Shown: positions 10,906 to 19,190 of the stretch, piece by piece
How the letters are laid out: each line of letters opens with the position of its first letter
Position numbering within the stretch: position 1 is the stretch's first letter
Origin: Candidatus Hydrogenedentota bacterium
GTDB taxonomy: Bacteria > Hydrogenedentota > Hydrogenedentia > Hydrogenedentales > JAEUWI01
Reading direction: 5' to 3'
Length of the DNA stretch: 64,000 nt
NCBI GenBank assembly: GCA_034669905.1
Contig: JAXMOL010000001.1
Location: 32,001 to 96,000, forward strand
Made by a program: the position numbers and the translations under genes
The notes under the pieces: generated by a model
Databases searched by the model: none
What the model was told of the DNA's origin: nothing
Seen by the model: the letters and a program-made list of their open reading frames with translations, nothing else

Positions 10906-11979
10906 ATGTGGAATAGCACTTTTTTGACGCAACGCAATCCTGGGAACGCTTCGCGCGGTTTCGCCGGACTCACCTTTTTCGCCACCCTCATCGCCGTGGT
11001 CGGTGCCTCTGCCGGGACCTTGCGCCTGGGCACACCGACGATTAACAACAACCAATACACCTTCCCAGTGGTTTTACAGGGGGACGCGGAGGGGGTTGCC
11101 GCCCTGGACTTTCGTCTCGCCTATGACCCCGCCGTCTTCAATCCCGTCAGTGCTCAGTCGGGTACCACCGCCCTGCAGGCCCAGAAGCAGGTGAGCTCCA
11201 ACATCGCGGCACCGGGCGAATTCGTGGTCGTACTCATGGGCTTCAACCAGAACACCGTTGGCGCTGGAGAAGTGGTCGAAGTGGTGCTGGAGAAAATCGG
11301 CGAGCCAAGCGGGGGGGCCACCACGCTGCGCATTGCCGAACCCACCTTGGCGACCAACGTCGGCATCGAAGTGGACTCCCGCGGCATCGGCCGCACGTTA
11401 CGTTTTGAAACGGACGAGGTCAAGGATTCCGAAGCCGAGACCGAATCGGATACGACGCCGGAATCCCCCGACTCATCCAAGGGAAACACCCCGGAAGCCA
11501 ACAGCGAACCGGGATCGGAAACCGTCTATCCCAGTGGCCCCCTCTTCGTGGCCCGTGCGGAACAGCCCTCCGTAGCGGGTGACGGGGACACCACCGGTGC
11601 CAACCAATCGGGTAGGGGCGAGACGGGCGCACCATCGGATTCCGGAAACGCAGCCCCTCCCACTTCGCAGCCCGGGAACGGAGATGGCGCCACGGGTTTC
11701 ACCACGGGCATGGCCATCTCGGAGACGTCCCAATCTGAAAAAGTTACTCGGCTCACCGGGTCAGATGCTGCGAAAAACGCCCCTGCAGCGCCCATGGACG
11801 CGGAAATTTCGGCATCACAACCCCTTGATTCAAAAGCACTTAACGACACCAATCAAGAAAAGCTCGTATCGGACGAAAAAAAGAGTAGACATGGGGTCCC
11901 AAAATACGCTACACTTCTGTTGCTCGCGGTAAGTATCCCCGTCGGGTTACTGGCGATTCTTCGCATAGCGGGCAAGTAA
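10906..11979 (+). CDS. Secreted cohesin-like domain protein with low-complexity linker and C-terminal membrane anchor
   Basis: Signal-like N-terminus; FPVVLQG..GVAALDFRLAYDPAVF cohesin-like pattern; S/T/P/G/E-rich linker; hydrophobic C-terminus followed by RIAGK. Start uncertain. Confidence 0.72.
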   Translation: MWNSTFLTQRNPGNASRGFAGLTFFATLIAVVGASAGTLRLGTPTINNNQYTFPVVLQGDAEGVAALDFRLAYDPAVFNPVSAQSGTTALQAQKQVSSNIAAPGEFVVVLMGFNQNTVGAGEVVEVVLEKIGEPSGGATTLRIAEPTLATNVGIEVDSRGIGRTLRFETDEVKDSEAETESDTTPESPDSSKGNTPEANSEPGSETVYPSGPLFVARAEQPSVAGDGDTTGANQSGRGETGAPSDSGNAAPPTSQPGNGDGATGFTTGMAISETSQSEKVTRLTGSDAAKNAPAAPMDAEISASQPLDSKALNDTNQEKLVSDEKKSRHGVPKYATLLLLAVSIPVGLLAILRIAGK

Positions 11980-12089
11980 CTCAGTTTAATCCCACTACGG
12001 TGGTTATGATCTCTGCGGTCTGCTTGCAGACCGCACCTCACCGGAGATGTCGGATGCCCCCTCCGGCATCTCCTCCTTGGAATAAGCGA

Positions 12090-12115
12090 ACCCCATGGGC
12101 CTCGGCCCATGGGGT
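12090..12115. terminator. Perfect hairpin between convergent genes (terminator or REP-like palindrome)
   Basis: ACCCCATGGGCC-TC-GGCCCATGGGGT. Confidence 0.55.
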
Positions 12116-12314
12116 ATTCCTTTATCTGGATGAATTAGTGTGTGGGAAGGGGATTTGCGCCCGGCTCAGGCTTGGACCTTGATGCCGTGACGCAATCCGA
12201 TCTCCCGACACGCCCACGAACCGGGAATACCGGATCGCGCGGCGCGATTGTTGGGCTCCCTTTACCTTGGCGGTGCGGGTCTTGCTGCCCAATCCCTCTC
12301 CCGGCACTTCCTCC

Positions 12315-13352
12315 TCAAGCCCCACCGACGGCCAGGACGATCTTCCCGAATTGCTCCCCGGCCTCCATCCGTGCCTGGGCGTCCCGCGCAGACGCCAGGG
12401 GATACTCGCTGTCAATGACCGGCTTGAGTCCACTCGCCGACACGGCGGACAGTAAGGCCCGAAAGTCTTCGTGGGAACCCATGGTGGAGCCCATGATGTT
12501 CAACTGCTTCCAATAGATGGCCGAGATGTTCGCCTCCACATGGGCGCCCGTGGTCACGCCGCAATGAACGATGCGCCCACCCTTGCGACAGGCTTCGATG
12601 TTCACCGGCCAGGTCGCGGCACCCACCGCATCGATCACGACGTCCACCCCGCGCCCATCGGTAATCTCCAGGATGTCCTCCACCATATTATTGCGCCCAT
12701 ACTGCAGACCATGGTTCGCCCCATAATCACCGGCACGAGAAAGCTTGTCCACCGTGGAAGAGGTCACGATACTTTTGGCACCGGCCAGCTCGGCCAATTG
12801 GAGGGCTGCCAAGGCCACTCCGCCGCCGATACCGTGTATGAGTACGGTCTCCCCGGCGCGGAGTTGGGCCCGGCTCATGAGCATGCGCCAGGCAGTCATG
12901 TACGCCAGGGGCAACGCGGCCGCTTCGCTCCAGGACAGATGGGAGGGCTTTTCCTGGAGATTGGTGGCCGGCACGGCAACCTGCTCGGCAAAGGTGCCCG
13001 GCCGCCCCATCCCCACGATGCTGAACTCGGGGCATTCACTTTGCTCGCCCCGCCCGCAAAAATCACACTGCCCGCAGGAAAGACCGGGATTGATGATGAC
13101 TTCATCTCCCACCGACCAACGGGCCACGCCATCCCCCACCGCCTTCACCACGCCGGCGGCATCGGAACCCAGCACATGGGGAAAGGGCAGGGGCGCACCG
13201 GCCCGACCGTTTCGCATCCAGATATCCAGATGATTGAGCGCGGCCGCCTTCACTTCCACCACCACCTCCCCCGCCACAGCGGCGGGTTCGGGCACCGTTA
13301 ATTCCTTCACCTTACCGATATCGCCGTGGGCTTCGATTCCTGCTGCTTTCAC
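12315..13352 (-). CDS. Zinc-binding dehydrogenase / quinone oxidoreductase (MDR family)
   Basis: AALNHLDIW, PHVLGSDAAG, structural-Zn motif CGQCDFC..C, HGIGGGVA nucleotide-binding loop, C-terminal FGKIVL. Confidence 0.9.
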   Translation of the reverse strand: MKAAGIEAHGDIGKVKELTVPEPAAVAGEVVVEVKAAALNHLDIWMRNGRAGAPLPFPHVLGSDAAGVVKAVGDGVARWSVGDEVIINPGLSCGQCDFCGRGEQSECPEFSIVGMGRPGTFAEQVAVPATNLQEKPSHLSWSEAAALPLAYMTAWRMLMSRAQLRAGETVLIHGIGGGVALAALQLAELAGAKSIVTSSTVDKLSRAGDYGANHGLQYGRNNMVEDILEITDGRGVDVVIDAVGAATWPVNIEACRKGGRIVHCGVTTGAHVEANISAIYWKQLNIMGSTMGSHEDFRALLSAVSASGLKPVIDSEYPLASARDAQARMEAGEQFGKIVLAVGGA

Positions 13353-13563
13353 TATTATCTCCTTGGCAATAATTTTCTATTGCGTTTTACCTGCCACTTC
13401 CGTTATGATGGCGTAATACCCGAAGAATTATGACAATCGGGTAACGAATATGTACTTATTTGCTGCGTCAGTGTAACAAACTGGAGCAAAAAAAGTATAT
13501 TAGTCAGGTGTCTCTCGGTTGAGGCACACAGAAATTGGGTTTGTTGTCGAGCAAATCTAGCAA

Positions 13564-13602
13564 TGTCAACACTTGACAAGCTGCTTTCGCTTCGCATATA
13601 AT
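13564..13602 (+). promoter_or_regulatory. Consensus sigma70 promoter with an overlapping inverted repeat
   Basis: TTGACA 13573..13578, 18-nt spacer, TATAAT 13597..13602; TGTCAA-CAC-TTGACA palindrome at 13564..13578. Confidence 0.75.
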
Positions 13603-13693
13603 GCGCGGCAAGTAGATGGTCGGGTTATTTGGCAGGGGTATGCGCCCCGTGCTTAGTAGTTTTCTCGACTAGAATTGGAATGGAGATTCGCTT

Positions 13694-14428
13694 ATGAAAG
13701 GGATAGGGATGAAAAGATTCTCAGGTATTTCCGTAGCTGTAGCCGTCATGGCCGCAGCCACACTCGCAGGTTGCCCGAAACCGGCAACGACCGACAACCA
13801 GTCGCAGAACTTCGCCGCTGGCGCTGCGAAAACCAACTTGGAAGGCAAGCAGCTGTACTTCCAGCCTGATGGCAGCATCAGCTTCTACAGCCGCACGGTC
13901 ACCGACGGCATCACGGCTTTCGGCGTACCGACCGCCGGACAGGCAATCGTCGACTTCAGCGTTGCTGACCCCTTCGTACTGAACCTGGCCGCTGGCTCTG
14001 AAGTTCTGTACTACGGTCAGTCCTTCAGCACGCTGTACATCGGTTCCGACGGCACGATCTCCTTCGGCGTTCCCGGATCGGGCAATGCCAGCGTAACCGA
14101 CCACTTCAGCTCCAAGCAGATTTCGCTTCTCCCCGTAGACGCGGCTGACGCTTCGGAAACCGGAACGGTCAGCTGGCAGGTCTTCACCGACTCCGTCGTT
14201 GTTACCTTCGACGCTGTTGACGGAAGCTCCTTCCAGGCTGAGTTCTTCATCTCCGGTGCCATGGACGAAGACATCGCCATCACCTACCCGACGGTCAGCG
14301 CGACTGCCGGTGGTGTGGTTGGTCTCTCCAACGGCCAGCTTGCTGGTTCGAACGCCGCTCAGATCGCTGCTTTCTTGAGCGCCTTCGGAACGGGTTCCGA
14401 CCTCGGAACGACGAACACGGGTTCCTGA
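13694..14428 (+). CDS. Lipoprotein of unknown function, probably surface-exposed; nidogen-like segment
   Basis: Lipobox LAGC after a signal peptide; LYYGQSFSTLYIGSDGTISFG resembles the NIDO-type FYGxxYxxLYVxxNGxISF motif; own promoter and terminator; codon usage biased to TTC/AAC/GGT/GCT. Confidence 0.78.
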   Translation: MKGIGMKRFSGISVAVAVMAAATLAGCPKPATTDNQSQNFAAGAAKTNLEGKQLYFQPDGSISFYSRTVTDGITAFGVPTAGQAIVDFSVADPFVLNLAAGSEVLYYGQSFSTLYIGSDGTISFGVPGSGNASVTDHFSSKQISLLPVDAADASETGTVSWQVFTDSVVVTFDAVDGSSFQAEFFISGAMDEDIAITYPTVSATAGGVVGLSNGQLAGSNAAQIAAFLSAFGTGSDLGTTNTGS

Positions 14429-14451
14429 TAACCCCCACTAGCTAGAATGCC

Positions 14452-14486
14452 AAAGCGCCCTTTCTCTTAGAGAAAGGGCGCTTTTT
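14452..14486 (+). terminator. Rho-independent terminator
   Basis: AAAGCGCCCTTTCTC-TTA-GAGAAAGGGCGCTTTTT, 23 nt after the lipoprotein stop. Confidence 0.88.
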
Positions 14487-14735
14487 CTATGGGGAGCGCC
14501 TGTTTTATACGTCCCCCCCACGTATCGCCGGGTATTCTCTTTACATCGCCTGACAGCATTCGGCTTTCAGCGCAGCTCCCTGCTCGTCACACTTTCGCCA
14601 TACCTTCTCGAACTATCGGAGCCCCAGAGGGAGACGATAGTGAGCTTTGGGCGGTTTCGCGCGCACGATACCAATAGCGCCAAGGACCATGATGGTCGCC
14701 GGAGGCGGGGGGCACTTTCTCATCGCGACCAGAGG

Positions 14736-14819
14736 CGCCGGAATTAATTCCTTCTTGGCGAGAACCCGCCATCCATCCTCCACGCACACGAAAGCTCGTG
14801 GCACTCATTATCGCGTGGC
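14736..14819. repeat. Dispersed intergenic repeat, copy 2 (copy 1 at 9885..9968)
   Basis: Same core TCCTCCACGCACACGAAA.CTCGT.GCAC....ATCGCGTGGC at a constant offset of 4851. Confidence 0.7.
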
Positions 14820-14934
14820 GCGGCGTTTGTACCGGGGATCACCCTTCGCGAAGTTGACGGGACGGGAGCCAGGAACACATCTACTAGTGGTCTGAATCGC
14901 AGTTGAAGACTTTTATTCTTTCATAAAATGAATC

Positions 14935-15260
14935 GGGCTTTCAGCCCTGTCCATATTCGTTGGTTCGTATTCCTGGGGCTTCGCCCCAGGCTGATATGGG
15001 GCGCGCCTTTGGCGCTGAACAAATCGCCTTTGCAGTTTCCATTTTTTAGGGCCAACGGCCCGGCTACATACCAGCCCTGTCCATATTCGTTGGTTCGTAT
15101 TCCTGGGGCTTCGCCCCAGGCTGATAGGGGGCGCGCCTTTGGCGCTGAACAAATCGCCTTTGCAGTTTCCATTTTTTAGGGTCAACGGCCCGGCTACATA
15201 CCAGCATGGGGCAAAGCCCCATGTTTTCGGACTCTTTCATTCACAGAGGGCTGAAAGCCC
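14935..15260. repeat. REP/BIME-like palindromic element with a 130-bp tandem duplication
   Basis: Units start at 14942 and 15072 with 2 mismatches over 134 nt. Internal palindromes: CCTGGGGC-TTC-GCCCCAGG, GCGCC-TTT-GGCGC, GGGCC-AAC-GGCCC. Bounded by inverted GGGCTTTCAGCCC (14935) and GGGCTGAAAGCCC (15248). Confidence 0.85.
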
Positions 15261-15342
15261 GTCTCATAGATCGTCGCTGGAACCCATATCGGTTCCCCAA
15301 TCTATATCGGACCCGTAAGAAGGCGATCTATAACGTCCCATC

Positions 15343-15562
15343 TGCTTGAATCAGCCCCCTGGAAGGTCGTGACTGCCCCTTCATGAAAGGTTCATGGCAG
15401 CATTTCGGGTGCTGAGAGAAGGTCGTAGAGCGCGCTCCCCAGGAACGCGGGTCGAAGACGCGCCGCAGGAGAGTTCGCGCGTCGGGGCCGTTGGCGATAC
15501 GTTCCCTGAACTGAGAGAGCCCGGTGATTACCGCACCCTTCGGAGGAGGTCTTATTCCTGCA
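15343..15562. ncRNA. Candidate structured non-coding RNA, family not recognised
   Basis: The ends are complementary (GAATCAGCCCCCTGGAAGG / CCTTCGGAGGAGGTCTTATTC) and enclose several hairpins. It lies between convergent transcription units with no credible ORF. Confidence 0.3.
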
Positions 15563-15692
15563 ACGCCCATTGGAAATCTCCCACGAACCCGTCAGACCCG
15601 TTGAAACTCGCCTTTTGCGGATCGCGCGGCACCAATAACGCTCGTGTCTACGCAAGAGAGACTTTCCCCACTTTTTGCCCATAGAACCATAG

Positions 15693-15733
15693 AAAAACCG
15701 ACCAACGTGACCTGTGAGACACACGTGGTCGGT
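15693..15733 (-). terminator. Probable intrinsic terminator of the minus-strand aroD operon
   Basis: Minus strand ACCGACCACGTG...CACGTTGGTCGGTTTTT: a hairpin followed by a U-tract. Confidence 0.6.
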
Positions 15734-15780
15734 AAACGCTTGTACAGGCGGGCGCGCAGGGCCCGCCGAATGCAATCGGG

Positions 15781-15927
15781 TCAGTCTTTTTCCAGCACGA
15801 CAAGGAAGTCGTTGTAACTCTGGCCATTGTTGGCCGTCACCATCACCACGTTCCACCCGTCTTGGAGGAGATCCTCCAAGTCATGTTTCCCGGTACCATT
15901 CGACTGAATAATCAACGCACGCTGCAT
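15781..15927 (-). CDS. Small 48-aa protein (below the ORF-track cutoff)
   Basis: MQRALIIQSNGTGKHDLEDLLQDGWNVVMVTANNGQSYNDFLVVLEKD*; CAGGAG RBS 7 nt upstream; starts 17 nt after the aroD stop and is followed by a terminator. Confidence 0.72.
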   Translation of the reverse strand: MQRALIIQSNGTGKHDLEDLLQDGWNVVMVTANNGQSYNDFLVVLEKD

Positions 15928-15944
15928 ACTACAACTCCTGCATG

Positions 15945-16691
15945 TTAATCGATGTTTGTGGCGTCAGAACCCTGATCCCGAGTCGACGCCATCCCCTGAG
16001 GATAGAAACTACTAAGATACGTGAGTGTATCCTGACAATTCAACTGTCCCGGGGCCGTCGGCTCTCCGAGAAAAGTGTAGGTAATAAGGGAGCCCAACGC
16101 GGGGAAAAAAATGCGCGACGCCATCCCATAAGGCCCCATACCCACCACAATCACCTGCTCACTGCGATGGGCCAAGGTGAATTCGGCGAGGCGGCAGGCG
16201 TCCTCCGGGCTATTGCACCGGGCAGCCACCTTAACAATGTCTACCCCCTGACTACGCCCCTGGGCGTGCACCGCTTCGAGACGCTCCTGGGTGGGCGTGG
16301 CATCAAAGTCGTGAAAGGAACCAATCACCAGGCGGCCAGCGTCGTGTGCCGCGGCCACCACCGATTCGGTGATGGACCCCACCGCAATTTCGACGTCAAC
16401 GGCATCCACATGGGGAATGACCGCCCGAAAACAGGCGAGCCGCGCTGCCTCTGGCCCCTGCCATCCTCCCCCCTCTTCGGCATGGCGAATCGTGGCCAGC
16501 AGGGGAAAACCGGTGTAGCGCTGTGCGAAGGCCTGGGCAGCGGCCGGTGCGGGATCTTCGAGGGCATCCAGCCGAAGCTCGATGATGGCTCCGGGGGCCG
16601 CATCGCGGAGGGCCTGGGGCGCTTCAGCCCGCTGTATGGCAATCGCCACAGCCGGCCGGGGGCCCAATTCAATTGCTCCAAGGCGTAGCAT
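15945..16691 (-). CDS. aroD: Type I 3-dehydroquinate dehydratase
   Basis: IELRLD, LATIRHAEEGG, VDVEI, IGSFHDFDATP, DIVKVA (Schiff-base Lys), GMGPYGMASR, TAPGQ. Confidence 0.92.
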   Translation of the reverse strand: MLRLGAIELGPRPAVAIAIQRAEAPQALRDAAPGAIIELRLDALEDPAPAAAQAFAQRYTGFPLLATIRHAEEGGGWQGPEAARLACFRAVIPHVDAVDVEIAVGSITESVVAAAHDAGRLVIGSFHDFDATPTQERLEAVHAQGRSQGVDIVKVAARCNSPEDACRLAEFTLAHRSEQVIVVGMGPYGMASRIFFPALGSLITYTFLGEPTAPGQLNCQDTLTYLSSFYPQGMASTRDQGSDATNID

Positions 16692-16740
16692 ATCGTTTCA
16701 ATTCCTCTTGCCGTTCTGCACGTCATCGACGCATGGGGCA

Positions 16741-17667
16741 TTACTTATCTTTGGCGGTCTTGCGCGCCCATTCCTCGGCCAGCCGCGGGCGCTCTTTCCA
16801 GCGGCGGTGCAGCCAGAGCCATTGCTCCGGATGGGTCCGCACAATGGCCTCGATCGCATCCTGGCAGCGTTGGGAATTCTTCACCAGGTCCGCCCGTAAA
16901 TCTTTGGTCCGTTCCATTTCGATGGTCGGGTAGAAGCGCAGGGTATAGCTGTGATCGGGATTTCGCGCAACGGACAAGGGCAAAATGGGAACCTTGGCCC
17001 GCACGGCGATCATAACGGGGGCAATGGTGGCCCAGCAAGGCTGGTCAAAAAACGTAACGGGTACCGCGCTGTCCCGGGGACTCTGATCGATCAAGACCCC
17101 CACCATGTAGCCCTCTTTCAGCACACGAATAATTTCTTTGCCGGCGTTGTCTTTGGGGATCGTCAACACGTCGTTGGCACGGCGTATTCCATCAATCGCC
17201 TGGTCCATGCGCGGGTCATCGAAGGGGCGGACCACCTCCGCGACCTTGAGGCCGGTGTGTGCCATGAAGGGGCCGGCCAATTCCCAATTACCCAGGTGGG
17301 CACCAATGCAAAGGTGTCCCACGCCCGGCTGGATGTGCTCCTCCCCCACGACGGTCACCTGGGCGCCGAGGGCGCCACCGTGCATGGTGGGAATGTGGGC
17401 CATCTCGGAAGCCACCAGGGCCACGTTGTCGATGGCCCCGCGAAAGAGTTTTTCCTTTTCTGCAGCGGAGAGGGAATCGCCATAGGCCCGGTCGATGTTT
17501 TCGCGGGTGACCTTGCGGACGCGGGGCACGAGGGGCGCCACAACACGGGCGATACGGAGGGCCAGCCAGCGGTTCCAGGTAAGGGGGAGCCGACGACTTA
17601 GCGCAAGAAAGGTGAGGGTGAATCCCGTGGCCAGCGCCTGCACCAGGGGGTTACGGCGTCGCGCCAT
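16741..17667 (-). CDS. Lysophospholipid / lipid A acyltransferase (LpxL/HtrB family)
   Basis: AHLGNWE, VLIDQ, VPVTFF, PEQWLWLHRRWK. Start set to the ATG at 17667, just after the upstream gene's stop. Confidence 0.88.
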   Translation of the reverse strand: MARRRNPLVQALATGFTLTFLALSRRLPLTWNRWLALRIARVVAPLVPRVRKVTRENIDRAYGDSLSAAEKEKLFRGAIDNVALVASEMAHIPTMHGGALGAQVTVVGEEHIQPGVGHLCIGAHLGNWELAGPFMAHTGLKVAEVVRPFDDPRMDQAIDGIRRANDVLTIPKDNAGKEIIRVLKEGYMVGVLIDQSPRDSAVPVTFFDQPCWATIAPVMIAVRAKVPILPLSVARNPDHSYTLRFYPTIEMERTKDLRADLVKNSQRCQDAIEAIVRTHPEQWLWLHRRWKERPRLAEEWARKTAKDK

Positions 17668-17671
17668 AACC

Positions 17672-19048
17672 TCAGGGCTCCAGGGTGATGGTCTGCCCAA
17701 TCTCGGGGGCGTAGGTGGTGTAGCCGTTTCCCGTGTTGGCATTCATCCAATCGATGGCCTCCCGGTCACCGTGCACGAAGACCACATTCTTGGGCTTGAT
17801 ATGCTCGATGATGCCTTGCAGGGCACTACGGGGGGCATGGGCGCTGAAGGAAAAGCGCTGGATGTTTTCCAGGCTGATCGGGACTGCGGCACGGTCGATG
17901 CCGAAGGAAAGGGCATCGCCCACTTCGGCCTGGGTCAGTTTGAAACCGAGGGTCTCATGATCCAGGTACCCCACGAAGAAGATACCATGCTTTGTCGACT
18001 GGACCATCTCTTCGGCGATAAGGGCCGAGGGCGTATTTTCGAGCATCATGCCTGAAGTGGCCACGATGATACTGGGCTTGGAAATCAGTTTCTTAACGAC
18101 ACCGGGTTTCCACACGTTGCCAATGCGCCCGAAGGATTCCAGGGGACGCAAGATGGCTTCGGGGAGCATGTAGTCGGTGAAGCGGTCGTAGAGTTCATAC
18201 ACCGCACGGCCGAGACCAGAAGCGTAGACTGGCACCGTGGGTACGAGCCCTTCTTCCTGGAGGCGAGAGACGAAATTGAGCACTTCCTGGGTGCGGCCCA
18301 GGGCGAAGCTGGGAATGAGCACCGTGCCGCCCGCCTCGAGCACTTCGGCCATCTGGACGCCCATGCGGTAGATTTCATCCTGATAACTTACGGCGCCCCC
18401 GGCGTCATTGGCACCGTGGGTGGCTTCGATAATCAGGGTATCTACATGAACATCTTCGGGAAGGGGCGAAAAGCCGTCAATGAGTTCCTGACGGGTTTCG
18501 CACACGTCTCCCGTATAATAAATGTTATGTCCGGGGGTCTTCAGTAGAATACTCGCACTGCCCAAGACGTGTCCGGCGCGGCGAAAGGTGGCCTCCACGG
18601 GAGCGCGCATGGGGAGTTTAAAAGGCGTATCGAATTCATGCCCCACGAAGCGTTGCATGGCATATTCCACGTCTTCATGCTCGTAGAGGGGATAGTCCTT
18701 GATGCCACGCTCCCGGGCCAGCAGGCCCATTACGGAAACGCTGTTGTGCAGCATGCGGTCCACAATGCGCACCGTCGGTACGGTGGCATGGGCCTTGACG
18801 CCGGGATACTGGCGCATGAGATAGGGGATAGAGCCGCAGTGATCCTGGTGCGCGTGGGTCACGAGCAGGGCATCGGGTGCCCGACGGATCAAGTCGAATT
18901 CAGGCAGGGCGTTACGCCCATCCTTTTTGGGATGGGTGCCGCTATCAAGCAGTACGTGTTGGCCGCCAATGGCAAGTTGGAAACAGCTCGCTCCAACTTC
19001 CCCACCGCCGCCCAGTACGCTGAGTTCAATCGATTGTCCTGAAGTCAT
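17672..19048 (-). CDS. MBL-fold beta-CASP ribonuclease (CPSF73/Ysh1-like)
   Basis: LGGGGEVGASC, THAHQDHCG, AGHVLGS, YTGD, IEATHG, PSFALGRTQE, TSGM, FSAHA, VHGD. Confidence 0.9.
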   Translation of the reverse strand: MTSGQSIELSVLGGGGEVGASCFQLAIGGQHVLLDSGTHPKKDGRNALPEFDLIRRAPDALLVTHAHQDHCGSIPYLMRQYPGVKAHATVPTVRIVDRMLHNSVSVMGLLARERGIKDYPLYEHEDVEYAMQRFVGHEFDTPFKLPMRAPVEATFRRAGHVLGSASILLKTPGHNIYYTGDVCETRQELIDGFSPLPEDVHVDTLIIEATHGANDAGGAVSYQDEIYRMGVQMAEVLEAGGTVLIPSFALGRTQEVLNFVSRLQEEGLVPTVPVYASGLGRAVYELYDRFTDYMLPEAILRPLESFGRIGNVWKPGVVKKLISKPSIIVATSGMMLENTPSALIAEEMVQSTKHGIFFVGYLDHETLGFKLTQAEVGDALSFGIDRAAVPISLENIQRFSFSAHAPRSALQGIIEHIKPKNVVFVHGDREAIDWMNANTGNGYTTYAPEIGQTITLEP

Positions 19049-19190
19049 ATGCACGCTATTGTACGGTTCCGGGACTAAACATGTCAAAGAAAGGGCGCAC
19101 TTTTCTCATTCAGAAACCATTCTCATCACTTGAGATAGGTGGGCCGAGTGGCCGTGCAACCCCGCAAAGGAATATCTTGCCGGAGGGGAG

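Noticed and set aside
14942..15205. Possible CRISPR array
   Set aside because: Two contiguous 130-bp units with no unique spacers and no cas genes. The short ORFs over it (14913..15185 and others) are repeat artefacts.
15343..15562. Glycine or TPP riboswitch, tmRNA, or hammerhead ribozyme
   Set aside because: Only fragments match (CCGAAG and CTCTCAG; GGGGCTGATTC; CTGAGAGA). The rest of each consensus is absent and no downstream gene is positioned for regulation.
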